DNA of 64,000 nt from Thermoplasmata archaeon (GCA_041554135.1 JBFFML010000003.1:2858-66857), one strand, 5' to 3'; positions 35,350 through 49,815 are shown, counted from the first letter of the stretch. Notes: generated by a model not told the origin, from the letters alone. Program-made: numbers and translations.

Positions 35350-36984
35350 TTACCCTTTGCATTCGCCGCGCACCGTCAGGTGCCCCTTGGCCACCAGCGC
35401 GTCCTCCCCCAACAGCCGCCAGAGCCCGTCATCGTCCTCGAACGGGCGGTTCCTCACGATCGCCATGGCCCTTTTCCTGCCGATGCCTGGGACGGCCTCG
35501 AGCATCGAGAGTGTCGCGACGTTCGCGTCCGTCGGATGGAGGATGGCCCTGACGCTTCGCGGCCCTCTGCCCGTCACAGCGACGTCGACCCATCGCCCAG
35601 GTTCGAAGGGATAGGGCAGGCCCACCAGTATGGGGTACGATCCCACTTGCCTGCCGAAGGTCCTTCCGCCCTCCCTCAGCTCGGTGTACACGTCGGTTAG
35701 GATCGTGCCGTCGGGCACCAGCTTCTCCAGCATCGGCAGGTCGACCTCCTCCCTGACGGATCGCTTGAACGCGGCGAACTCACGCCTCAGGCGCACGCCC
35801 GGGAACTCCTGGCGCGACGGGATGACCTGGCGTATGTTGATCCGTCTCAGGAGGAGTCCATCCGAGGCCACCCTCCGCAGGAACTCCAGGTTCGCTGCGT
35901 ATGTGTGCTTCGTCTCGCCGACCAGTCCGCAGATGAAGTTTATGCCGGGCAGCACTCGTGGCAGGCCCGTGGGGCCCCTCTCCCGGCCCACCTCGTTCAC
36001 TATGCGTATGGCCTCCATCGTGCGGTCCGCGTCGGCGTTCAGGTTGTTCGCCTTGGCGACCGCCGGGTCGGCGCTCTCGAGGCCGAAGGCGACCACATTG
36101 CCGCTCGTGCAGTGCTCGGCTATGGCCTTCGTGACATCCCTCGCCTCTGTTGGATGCTCCGCGATCACCGCCGGGTTCGCGTTGTCCAGGTGGAAGACTT
36201 TGGGTCTCGCCTGGCTCGATATGGCTCTCAACAGCTTCCCGATGACCTCCGCGTCTGGTCTCGGCGTCTCCGTCTCGTTGACGCCCTCGGCCTTGTACGA
36301 GTAGACGCATGTCTGCGCGCCTAGGCGGAGATGCTCGACGCCGACGCCCGCCAGAGCGACGGCCTCTCCGAGTATGTCCTTGGGTTCGCGGAACTCCACC
36401 TCGCCTTGGAGCGGCTCGATGCAGAACCTGCAGCCTCCGGAGATGTGCCTCACGCAGCCCCTGTACATCTGTATCTCGGCGATCAACGGGCCGCCGTGGT
36501 CGGGGTGTGCTTGACAGGCCCTCGCCCCCCTGAGCGACCACGCCCTCCACTCCTCTTGCGTGCGCCTCCGCTCAGACACGGCCCCTGAATCGACGAAATC
36601 GAAGGCGAACGCGTCCGGGTCGCCTGAGACGACGTGGTCGTAAGCAGCCGCAAGCCCGTCAGGCACTGCGCTGCGCGGCGTTCCGAGGCTCAAGAAGCTC
36701 CTCCCCGCGAACCGCCTCCCTATCTCTACGAGCTCCCTGTCGCTGGCGGGCATGCCACGGAGATACTTGCCAGGCACCGCCACATGGCGTATGGCCATCA
36801 GGACATCGAAGCGACCAAGGTCGGCACAGCCGCTCCTCCACCCGTCGATGGTGCGGTAGCCGACATCCGCTCCGGCGGCTTCCATGGCCCCGAAGGCCAG
36901 CCTCGCGTAAGGCGATATGAACGGGGGCACACCGAGGCAAGACGGCTCATCCGTGTATCCGTCCAACACGACGGCTTTCGTCAT
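35350..36984 (-). CDS. B12-binding-like / radical SAM domain protein with a C-terminal helix-hairpin-helix
   Basis: The N-terminal region has the B12/flavodoxin-like pattern. The cysteine cluster MYRGCVRHISGGCRFC is followed by a radical-SAM core (GVEHLRLGAQT...VFHLDNANP...GLESADP). An HhH (LEAVPGIGRKRAMAIV) lies at the C-terminus. Confidence 0.6.
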   Translation of the reverse strand: MTKAVVLDGYTDEPSCLGVPPFISPYARLAFGAMEAAGADVGYRTIDGWRSGCADLGRFDVLMAIRHVAVPGKYLRGMPASDRELVEIGRRFAGRSFLSLGTPRSAVPDGLAAAYDHVVSGDPDAFAFDFVDSGAVSERRRTQEEWRAWSLRGARACQAHPDHGGPLIAEIQMYRGCVRHISGGCRFCIEPLQGEVEFREPKDILGEAVALAGVGVEHLRLGAQTCVYSYKAEGVNETETPRPDAEVIGKLLRAISSQARPKVFHLDNANPAVIAEHPTEARDVTKAIAEHCTSGNVVAFGLESADPAVAKANNLNADADRTMEAIRIVNEVGRERGPTGLPRVLPGINFICGLVGETKHTYAANLEFLRRVASDGLLLRRINIRQVIPSRQEFPGVRLRREFAAFKRSVREEVDLPMLEKLVPDGTILTDVYTELREGGRTFGRQVGSYPILVGLPYPFEPGRWVDVAVTGRGPRSVRAILHPTDANVATLSMLEAVPGIGRKRAMAIVRNRPFEDDDGLWRLLGEDALVAKGHLTVRGECKG

Positions 36985-37197
36985 GGTCGACGGGCGTATC
37001 GCTCGACGTCGTTATATGGTTCTCCGGTCGGACACCGTTGCGCTCTGAACCCCTCAAGTAACATGGCAACGTATTAATCCGCCGAATTAATCTCCAAGAA
37101 CGGCACGCAGCATAAGGAAGCCGTTACAAAGTTGTCAGAAATCGGAATAACTCGCAACGACTTTCGAAGCACACCGTGAGATGAGGGGTCGAATCGG

Positions 37198-38625
37198 ATG
37201 GCAAAGAAATCCAAATCCGTCAAGAGGAAGCCCGAAGGGAAGGCTTCCGCGAAGGGCGCCACGAAGGCGAAGGGCAAGGGACCGAAGAAAGTGTCGGTTG
37301 AGGATCTTTTGAAGAAGGCGTATGAGCCAGCCAGGCTGGCGATGGCGTATCACCCCTTCTACGAGGGGAAGATAGAGATCGTACCGAAGTGCGTTGTCCG
37401 CGACTTCAACGACTTCGCGATCTGGTACACGCCAGGCGTGGCGGAGCCGTGCAAGGCGATCAACAAGGACAAGGAACTGTCGTACATCCACACGAACAGA
37501 TGGAACACCGTCGGCGTGATATCGGACGGCACGAGGGTGCTGGGCCTCGGGGACATCGGTCCCGAGGCGGGCCTGCCAGTGATGGAGGGCAAGTCGCTCC
37601 TGTTCAAGTACCTAGGGGGCGTGGACGCGTTCCCTCTCTGCCTTGGCACGAAGGACCCGGACGAGATCATCAGGACGGTCAAGTACCTCCAGCCGTCGCT
37701 CGGAGGGATAAACCTCGAGGACATCTCACAGCCCAAGTGCTTCTACATACTCGAGCGGCTGAGGGAGGAATGCGAGATACCCGTCTGGCACGACGACCAA
37801 CAGGGCACGGGCACGATCGTCGCCGCGGGGGCGATAAACGCGGCGAAGATCGTGGGCAAGAAGCCATCGGAGATGAAGGCCGTGTTCATCGGCGCCGGAG
37901 CGGCGAACATCGCGATATCGAGGATCATGCAGATATCAGGTTACAGCTGGAAGAACATGGTCATGTGCGACTCCAAGGGTGCGCTTCACCCTGGTAGGAA
38001 GGACGTGAAGGAGCATTTCAAGGAGAAGTGGTTCATGTGCACGCACTCCAACGCCGAGTGCGTCGAGGGCGCCGACAAGGACGCCATGAAAGGCGCGGAC
38101 ATCGTGGTCGCGGCGTCGAAGCCTGGCCCGGGAACGATCAAGCCGGAGTGGATACGCGGCATGGCCGACGACGCCATCGTGTTCGCCACGGCGAACCCCA
38201 TCCCTGAGATATGGCCTTGGGAGGCCAAGGAGGCCGGGGCCAGGATCATCGCCACTGGGAGGTCCGACTTCCCCAACCAGGTGAACAACTCGCTCGGGTT
38301 CCCCGGTATATTCCGCGGGACGCTGGACGTCAAGGCGCGGACGATATCCGACACGATGTGCCTCGCCGCCGTTCTCGAGCTGGCGAAGACGGCGGAGGAC
38401 AACGGCCTGCGGGAGGACTACATCGTCCCGACGATGGACGAGTGGGAGGTCTTCCCGAGGGAGGCTGCCGCGGTGGGCATGGCCGCGATAAAGGAAGGCC
38501 TCGCCCGTGAGAAGCACACCCGTAAGGAGCTCTATGCGAAGGCCGAGGCGATAATCGGCCGCGCCAGGAACGAGACGAAGTACCTGATGAAGGGGAAGTA
38601 CATCCTTCCGCCGCCCAAGGTGTGA
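37198..38625 (+). CDS. NAD(P)-dependent malic enzyme with a lysine-rich N-terminal tail
   Basis: The ALxYH-GKIE and YTPGVAEPC N-terminal patterns are present, with dinucleotide-binding GAGAANIAI and GTGTIVAAG. GAGGGG lies 8 nt upstream of ATG 37198. That ATG adds MAKKSKSVKRKPEGKASAKGATKAKGKGPKK ahead of the canonical start position, which corresponds to a GTG at about 37291. Confidence 0.85.
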   Translation: MAKKSKSVKRKPEGKASAKGATKAKGKGPKKVSVEDLLKKAYEPARLAMAYHPFYEGKIEIVPKCVVRDFNDFAIWYTPGVAEPCKAINKDKELSYIHTNRWNTVGVISDGTRVLGLGDIGPEAGLPVMEGKSLLFKYLGGVDAFPLCLGTKDPDEIIRTVKYLQPSLGGINLEDISQPKCFYILERLREECEIPVWHDDQQGTGTIVAAGAINAAKIVGKKPSEMKAVFIGAGAANIAISRIMQISGYSWKNMVMCDSKGALHPGRKDVKEHFKEKWFMCTHSNAECVEGADKDAMKGADIVVAASKPGPGTIKPEWIRGMADDAIVFATANPIPEIWPWEAKEAGARIIATGRSDFPNQVNNSLGFPGIFRGTLDVKARTISDTMCLAAVLELAKTAEDNGLREDYIVPTMDEWEVFPREAAAVGMAAIKEGLAREKHTRKELYAKAEAIIGRARNETKYLMKGKYILPPPKV

Positions 38626-38728
38626 CCGACGGGCTGACGCGAAACGCTTTCTCTGAAACCCTTTCACAAACACATTCTCATTGCCGCGGCCATGCCGCGG
38701 TCGACGTCTTCTGCCGCGCGCGCACTGT

Positions 38729-38995
38729 TCAGAGCAGCCCCATCTCGATCATCTCTACGCTCTGGACACCGTCGACTCCTGACAGGGCCGCCTCGACGGC
38801 GTCTGCTCCGCCCTTCTTGTCGTCCATTACGACGAGGACGTGCAATGCGTTCAGGCCGAACGCCACGGGTTTCTTCTCCGAGGCCTTGATCGCCGCCCCT
38901 TCTGGCAGGGCGTCTCTCAGGCTCTCCATCAAGGCGTCGAGGTCGACCTCGAGCCCGTCCGGGAGCACACGGTATTGAAGTGCGACCTCTCCCAT
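38729..38995 (-). CDS. ef1b: elongation factor 1-beta (aEF-1B)
   Basis: MGEVALQYRVLPDGLEVDLDALMESLRDALPEGAAIKASEKKPVAFGLNALHVLVVMDDKKGGADAVEAALSGVDGVQSVEMIEM aligns along its full length with archaeal aEF-1beta. Confidence 0.85.
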   Translation of the reverse strand: MGEVALQYRVLPDGLEVDLDALMESLRDALPEGAAIKASEKKPVAFGLNALHVLVVMDDKKGGADAVEAALSGVDGVQSVEMIEMGLL

Positions 38996-39005
38996 GCAAA
39001 ACACC

Positions 39006-39176
39006 TCACGGGCCGGTGAATCCGCACTCTGGACAACGGTATTTCACGCTCTGGTCCCTGCATCTCGTGCATCTGCCGATCGTGGCTCTGCCACAGCTCG
39101 GACAGGGGAAGGTGGTCTCGGATGCTATCACGAGGCGCACCCCGCAAGATGAACAAGCCCTTTCCTGGCTACTCAA
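39006..39176 (-). CDS. small Zn-ribbon protein (COG2888-like double CxxC), TTG start
   Basis: MSSQERACSSCGVRLVIASETTFPCPSCGRATIGRCTRCRDQSVKYRCPECGFTGP has four CxxC pairs. It lies immediately upstream of ef1b, which is the conserved archaeal arrangement. The remainder of the long track ORF 39006-39446 is not coding. Confidence 0.55.
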   Translation of the reverse strand: MSSQERACSSCGVRLVIASETTFPCPSCGRATIGRCTRCRDQSVKYRCPECGFTGP

Positions 39177-39210
39177 GCTCTTCGACCTCGAAGCTGAGGA
39201 ATATGCTATC

Positions 39211-39220
39211 TGTATATAAC
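39211..39220 (-). promoter_or_regulatory. TATA box (gTTATATAca) for the Zn-ribbon/ef1b operon
   Basis: It lies about 35-40 nt upstream of the TTG at 39176. Confidence 0.4.
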
Positions 39221-39566
39221 ATCTGCTGATTGCCCGCGAAGAGGGTCTTCCGACGTTCGGGAGCACGTGGGGCACTGAAAGTTGTCCGAACGAATGGCGG
39301 ACGGTAGCGTCGCCCGCACTTGTGTGTGCCGCGATGCGAGGTCCGCGCTCTCCCGGGGGATCGAGCTCCGGGCGACACGTCCAGCATCTTGTGCGGTCCG
39401 CTGTTGAATGAGTACTGACAAGCCCCCGCACGGCAAGCCGTCGCAAGCGTAAGGTTGATATCCTTTATGGAGAAACACGCCTTTTATAAGCTTTCAATAA
39501 TTATACGAACGGAGATTTAAATCCGACAATCGTAGTCGTCGGCCCGAGACCCCGAAATCGTAGGAT

Positions 39567-39578
39567 GTATTAAATATC
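39567..39578 (+). promoter_or_regulatory. TATA-like box (GTATTAAATATC) upstream of tRNA-Lys
   Basis: It lies about 55 nt upstream of tRNA position 1. Further TATA-like elements lie at 39483-39523. Confidence 0.35.
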
Positions 39579-39629
39579 AGAATGGACTACACGCCCTGCT
39601 GAAGCAGCCTCGGGTATCTCGCCGCCCAC

Positions 39630-39773
39630 GGGCCCGTAGCTCAGCTAGGTAGGAATCTCATGCATTCTCCGTGTATAAGACTCCCTAGAAAGAGCATCTG
39701 CCTTTTAAGCAGGTGGCCCGGGGTTCGAATGACTATGCCTTACAGACTAGTCTCGGAAATCCCCGCGGGCCCG
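39630..39773 (+). tRNA. tRNA-Lys(UUU) precursor with two apparent non-canonical introns (D-arm and T-loop 59/60)
   Basis: Exons: GGGCCCG-TA-GCTC-AGCTAGGTA(G), then an insert of about 39 nt, then GAGC-A-TCTGC-CTTTTAA-GCAGG-TGGCC-CGGGG-TTCGAA(T), then an insert of about 30 nt, then CCCCG-CGGGCCC-G. The reassembled 73-nt molecule has perfect acceptor (GGGCCCG/CGGGCCC), D (GCTC/GAGC), anticodon (TCTGC/GCAGG, loop CTTTTAA) and T (CGGGG/CCCCG, loop TTCGAAT) stems. It closely resembles the M. jannaschii tRNA-Lys. Confidence 0.7.
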
Positions 39774-39850
39774 CTCGGCGGCGGCCCCAGCGTTCCTGAG
39801 TCTGGAGCGAATTTGACAGATCCTCGAGTGGCTGGTCCTGCGTCTACGGG

Positions 39851-40120
39851 GTGAGTATCAGAATGACCGAAGAGTTCAACGTTCTGGAGCATGAGCTCGT
39901 TCCTGAGCATCATCTGCTGACGGATAAGGAGGTCGACAAGGTTTTGGGAGACATCGGACTGACGAAGGACCAGCTCCCCCGGATCAGATTGTCCGACCCG
40001 TGCATACGGGCTCTGGACGCCGTAAGCGGCCCTGTCGAGGAAGGAATGATCATCAAGATCGTAAGGCGCAGCGAGACAAGCGGTATGTCCGTGTGCTATA
40101 GACTCGTCGTGCGAGGGTAG
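39851..40120 (+). CDS. rpoH: DNA-directed RNA polymerase subunit H (Rpb5-like)
   Basis: The 89-aa protein ...[43 protein letters not shown]...[23 protein letters not shown] has the RpoH/Rpb5 C-terminal domain signature. Confidence 0.85.
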   Translation: MSIRMTEEFNVLEHELVPEHHLLTDKEVDKVLGDIGLTKDQLPRIRLSDPCIRALDAVSGPVEEGMIIKIVRRSETSGMSVCYRLVVRG

Positions 40121-40124
40121 AATC

Positions 40125-43100
40125 ATGAGAGAGCTTGTCGAGACTTACTTCAGGGAGCGGAGCATAGTCAACCACCACATCGCGTCGTACAACGACTTCC
40201 TCCCAACGCTTGATCATCCCAACAGCAGGATGCAGAAGATCGTGGACAACGTCAGGGCGTCCCCTGACGAGGCCTATCGCGGCGTGATACGTCTGGACCC
40301 CGACAGGACCGAGGGCAAGATGATAGAGATACGCCTCGGGAGGAAGAGGGACGAGAAGACCGGCCAGATCGACGCCAACGCGAGGCCGACCATCTCCGTC
40401 GGCCGGCCCATCATCAAGGAGGCCAACGGCGCGACGCACTCGCTCTTCCCAATGGAGGCGAGGCTGAGGAACCTCAACTACTCCGCGCCCATCTCCCTCG
40501 AGTTCACCGTGCTGGAGGACGGCATCGAGCGCGAGCCCGAGAAAGTGCACATCGGGGACCTGCCGGTGATGGTCAAGTCGAAGAAGTGCAACCTCCACAA
40601 GGACAACATCGACATCGACCGCGAGCCGACTGACGCGGAGATGGAAAAGTTCCTCGCATCGATGGGCGAGGACCTGTGCGACCCAGGCGGGTATTTCGTC
40701 ATAGGCGGGACGGAGCGCGCCCTGATATCGCTCGAGGACCTGGCTCCCAACAGGGTGATGGTCGAACTCAACGAGAGGTACGGCACGAGCCTCCATGTCG
40801 CGAAGGTGTTCTCCCAGAGGGAGGGCTACCGCGCGCTCACGCTGATGGAGAAGAAGAAGGACGGCGTCCTCGTCGTGTCCGTGCCCGCGGCGTCCGGACA
40901 GATACCTCTGATGGTGCTGATGAAGGCGCTCGGCATGGAGAGCGACGAGGAGATCTACAAGTCGATAGTCTCCGACCCTCAGATGGCGAACATCGTGTAC
41001 GCCAACATCGAGGAGTGCCAGAACAAGAAGCTGTATCCGCCGAACGGCATATTCACGACAGAGGACGCGATACTCTACCTCGAGCGCAAGTTCGCCACGG
41101 GCCAGGCGAAGGAGTACAGGGCGAAGAAGGTCGAGAGCATAATCGACAGATCGCTTCTGCCTCACCTAGGCGACACGTCCGACGTGCGTCTGAAGAAGTC
41201 GATATTCCTTGGCAGGGTCGCGAGGACGATCCTGGAGATGGAGCTCGGCAAGAGGAAGGAGGACGACAAGGACCATTACGCCAACAAGCGTCTGAAGCTC
41301 GCGGGGGACCTGATGGAGGACCTGTTCCGCGTCGCGCTCACGAACCTCATTAAGGATCTCAAGTACCAACTCGAGAGGGGCTACACACGGAAGAAGGGCC
41401 TGAGGATATCGTCGGCAATCAGGCCGGACCTGCTGACGCACAGGCTGCTCCACGCGTTCGCCACCGGCAACTGGGTCGGAGGAAGGGCGGGTGTGTCACA
41501 GCTTCTCGACAGGACATCGAACATGAGCGCCCTGTCGCACCTGAGACGCGTGACGTCGCCGCTGACGCGGAGCCAGCCGCACTTCGAGGCGAGGGACCTG
41601 CATCCCACCCAGTGGGGGAGGCTCTGTCCCAACGAGACGCCGGAAGGTCAGAACTGTGGCCTGGTGAAGAACTGCGCCCTCATTGTGGACGTGTCGGAGG
41701 GGACCGACGAGAAGGAGATCATCTGGCTCCTGCGGGACCTCGGCGTCAGGGAGGTCAGCGAACATCAGACCACGGAGACGAGGGTATACACGAACGGGGA
41801 CCTGATCGGCCTGCACGACAAGCCGCGCGAACTCGTGGAGGAGATACGCCAGAGGCGCCGGTCGGGCCTGCTATCGTCGGAAGTCAACATACGGTTCGAC
41901 CTCAACATGAACGAGATCATAATCAACTGCGACGAGGGGAGGCTGAGGCGGCCGCTGCTCGTCGTGAGGAACGGCAAGACGCTGCTCACCCGGAGGCATC
42001 TCGAGGACATGCACTCGGCGAAGGCCAGATGGTCGGAGCTGATACGGGAGGGCGTCGTCGAGTGGGTGGATGCTGAGGAGGAGGAGGATTCCTACATCGC
42101 GGTGTCCGCGTTCGAGACTCCCGAGAGCTGCGAGCACTGCGGCAAGATACTGTCCGAGATCGACGTCGACTGGCGGAACCCCGGCGAGGGCGGGAAGGTC
42201 GTGCTCGAGTGCAAGTCGTGCGGCGGCACGAGCCAGGTCGATTCGCTCCTGACGGAGGACCACACGCATCTGGAGATAGACTCCATGGTCATACTTGGCG
42301 TCTGCTCCGCGGTGGTCCCGTATCCGGAGCATAATTCGAGCCCGAGGGTCACGATGGGCTCGGGCATGGCCAAGCAGTCGCTCGGCCTCAGCTCGTCCAA
42401 CTTCAGGATCCGGCCGGACACGAGGAGCCACATACTCCACTATCCGCAGAAGCCGCTCGTGACGACGAAGCCCATGGAGTTCGTCAGCTTCGACAAGAGG
42501 CCCGCGGGTCAGAACTTCGTCGTGGCGATACTCTCGTACCAGGGGTACAACATGGAGGACGCGGTCATCATGAACAAATCGTCGGTCGAGCGCGCGCTCG
42601 GCAGGTCGACGTTCATGAGGACTTACAGGGCGGAGGAGCGCAGATACCCAGGAGGGCAGGAGGACCATTTCGAGATCCCGAGCCCGGATGTCAGGGGCGC
42701 CCGCGCGGACCTCTCGTACAGCAACCTGGGCGAGGACGGCCTGATCAGTCCCGAGACCCTGGTCGAGGGCGGCGACGTGCTCATAGGCAAGACATCGCCT
42801 CCGAGGTTCCTGGAGGAGGAGGCCGACTTCCTCACGCCTCAGAAGAGGCGGGAGACGTCGGTCACCGTCCGTCCAGGGGAGAAGGGCTGGGTCGACAGCG
42901 TGATGCTCACGGAGTCCGAGAACGGCTCACGCCTCGTGAAGGTCAAGGTCAGGGACGAGCGGACGCCGGAGCTGGGCGACAAGTTCGCGTCGAGGCACGG
43001 GCAGAAGGGCGTCGTCGGACTGCTGGTCGACCAGCATGACATGCCGTTCACTGAGGACGGCGTCGTGCCGGACCTGCTGATCAACCCGCACGCCGTGCCG

Positions 43101-43711
43101 TCGAGGATGACCGTCGCGCACGTGCTCGAGATGATCGGCGGCAAGGTCGGCTCGATGGAGGGGCGCGTGATCGACGGCACATCCTTCAGCGGGGAGCGCG
43201 AGGAGGCCCTCAGGGACGCCCTCGTCAAGAACGGGTTCAAGCACAACGGCAAGGAGGTCCTGTACGACGGCATAACCGGCAGGATGATCGAGGCCGAGGT
43301 GTTCATCGGCGTGATATACTACCAGAAGCTGCACCACATGGTCTCTGGGAAGCTGCACGTGAGGAGCCGAGGCCCCGTGCAGATACTCACGAGGCAGCCG
43401 ACGGAGGGTCGCTCGAGGCAGGGCGGCCTGAGGTTCGGCGAGATGGAGAGGGACTGCCTGATAGGCCACGGGGCGGCGATGGTCATACGCGACAGGCTCC
43501 TGGACGAGTCCGACGGGACGCTGCAGTACGTCTGCGGCAACCCGAGCTGCGGGCACATAGCGATCCTGGACAGACGAGGGTCGTTCAGGTGTCCCGTCTG
43601 CGGCAACAACTCGAAGATATACCAGGTGCAGACGTCGTACGCGTTCAAGCTCCTGCTGGACGAGCTCCTGTCGCTTGGGGTCGTCATGCGCCTTCAACTG
43701 GAGGACCTGAA

Positions 43712-43715
<4 letters not shown>
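40125..43715 (+). CDS. rpoB: DNA-directed RNA polymerase subunit B (unsplit, 1196 aa)
   Basis: Rpb2 homology runs along the full length ([13 protein letters not shown], ...[24 protein letters not shown]..., C-terminal Zn ribbon CGNPSCGH...CPVCGN). It is a single ORF, not split into B'/B''. An extra CxxC...CxxC module lies at about aa 660-705 (CEHCGK...CKSCGG). Confidence 0.95.
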
Positions 43716-48222
<4,507 letters not shown>

Positions 48223-48223
<1 letters not shown>

Positions 48224-48660
48224 TGAGTGGTCGTATGGGCGACATCACCTTTACGGGGGACACACTCCGGTACATATCTCTCTTCGAGAAGCTCACGAAC
48301 ACGCAGGTGAAGGACTGCCTCGAGACGGAGGAGAAACTCGTCTTCGTCGTCGAGAAGGGCCAGGGCAGCAGGGCCGTTGGCAAGAAGGGCGAGAACGTCA
48401 TCCGCCTGAAGAACCTCACCGGGAAGAACATACATGTCATAGAGTACTCTGACGACCCTGAGACGTTCATACGTAACGTGTTCCACACGTACAGCGTCCA
48501 GTCCGTGTCGTTGGAGAACCGGGGCAGCATCATCCACGCCACGGTGACCGTCGACCCCAAGATGAAGGGGAAGGCGATAGGCAAGAACGGCAAGAACCTG
48601 AGGATAGCGCGCGAGGTCGTCAGCAGGCATCACAACGTGCAGAGCATCAGCGTCGCTTGA
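48223..48660 (+). CDS. nusA: transcription termination/antitermination factor NusA homolog (two KH domains)
   Basis: MSGRMGDITFTGDTLRYISLFEKLTNTQVKDC...GKKGENVIRLKNLTGKNIHVIEY...GKAIGKNGKNLRIAREVV carries two GxxG KH motifs. Its start overlaps the rpl30e stop by 1 nt. Confidence 0.8.
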
Positions 48661-49726
48661 GCGGCATCCTCTCTACCTCGAGCCGGTCCGCGGTCGGATA
48701 TTCCTCCACTATGTAACACTCAGCGTCGAGCTCGTCCGCGACCTCGGCGAGCACCCAGGCCGCCACCTCCAGCCGGTCCTTCTCGCGGTCCCTCCACAGG
48801 AGCTCGCGGGGCACTCCGTGCCCGACGATCAGCGCGTCCGCGACGCCGTCGGGGTCGGCCGTCTCGACGACGCCCTTGAGCAGGAGTCCCTCCTCCGTCA
48901 GCAGCTCGTGCGGTCTGCGCACGTTCCTGCCCCTTCGGGTGATCCTCCTCCTCAGCTGGACGCCGTCCTTGAAGGCGGCGGAGCAGTAGTGAAGCGGTAC
49001 GGAGCGGTGCGAGCCGAGGATGTCGAGGGCCAGCGACTCGCTGCCGAGGACGCCCGACGACACGTCGTCCCTGACGGTCATGCCGCGGGCGTTCAGGGCG
49101 TCGCAGTTCTCCTCGGAGAACTCCAGCTCGTTCAGGTTTACGAAGTCGAGCTCCTCCGATTCGGCGAAGCCAATCAGCCTGGTCGTGTCATCCCGCCGCC
49201 CGGGTATCGCGGGCACCTCCAGACCGACGGCCATGCCCCGCGCCCTGGCGGTCCTGACAGCCCCCTCGTATTGCGACCCGGCAAGCCGTCTCCACATGTT
49301 CGTCGGGGGGTGGAACCTGATCTCGTCCAGCCCCGCCTCCGCCACGGCTCGGATCTTCCGCGCGTCTGTCGTGGATGTGTAGAGGTGTATGTGGTGGTCG
49401 TCGCCGAACGACCGCTTCAGCGCGCGGATGGAGTCGGTCGTGCGCCTCAGCGCCGCCATGGGATCGCCTCCGGTGATGCCTGTCCCGAGCGCAGCCATCA
49501 GCCCGGCCTCCTCGACGGCCTCGGCGACGCGCTCTATGCGCGCCTCGTTCGCGAAGAAGACGTCCTTGCCTCGCTTGGCGCTGGACAATGGACAGTAGTA
49601 GCATCTCCGGCCGCACTTGCCGGTGACGAGGAGGACCAGTTTGGCGCCCTTCTCGCACAGCCTGCACCCTTCCGCCAAGGGTCCTCTGCGCGCGGACCCC
49701 TTCAGCATGCGCGCGGTCCTGGTCAC
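48647..49726 (-). CDS. radical SAM protein (pyruvate-formate-lyase-activating-enzyme-related, COG2108-like)
   Basis: CGRRCYYC (CxxxCxxC) lies near the N-terminus within GCRLCEKGAKLVLLVTGKCGRRCYYCP. This is a second radical SAM gene in the window. Confidence 0.6.
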   Translation of the reverse strand: MTRTARMLKGSARRGPLAEGCRLCEKGAKLVLLVTGKCGRRCYYCPLSSAKRGKDVFFANEARIERVAEAVEEAGLMAALGTGITGGDPMAALRRTTDSIRALKRSFGDDHHIHLYTSTTDARKIRAVAEAGLDEIRFHPPTNMWRRLAGSQYEGAVRTARARGMAVGLEVPAIPGRRDDTTRLIGFAESEELDFVNLNELEFSEENCDALNARGMTVRDDVSSGVLGSESLALDILGSHRSVPLHYCSAAFKDGVQLRRRITRRGRNVRRPHELLTEEGLLLKGVVETADPDGVADALIVGHGVPRELLWRDREKDRLEVAAWVLAEVADELDAECYIVEEYPTADRLEVERMPLKRR

Positions 49727-49815
49727 GAGGCTACCATATCATGGTGTTCGTAATAAACAGTCGGCTCGGGCGCGGCCCAAAAAGACTAAGAGCAGGCCGG
49801 TTGATGCGTCGATAC

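Noticed and set aside
37060-37090. ATTAATCCGCCGAATTAATC element between the divergent radical-SAM and malic-enzyme genes as an operator
   Set aside because: Two ATTAAT hexamers 7 nt apart could simply be the divergent TATA boxes. The symmetry is imperfect, so it was not promoted to a finding.
39006-39446. 146-aa track ORF covering the Zn-ribbon gene and 270 nt upstream
   Set aside because: Only the last 56 codons match the conserved double-CxxC Zn-ribbon family and follow a TATA box. The upstream part is low-complexity and lies upstream of that promoter.
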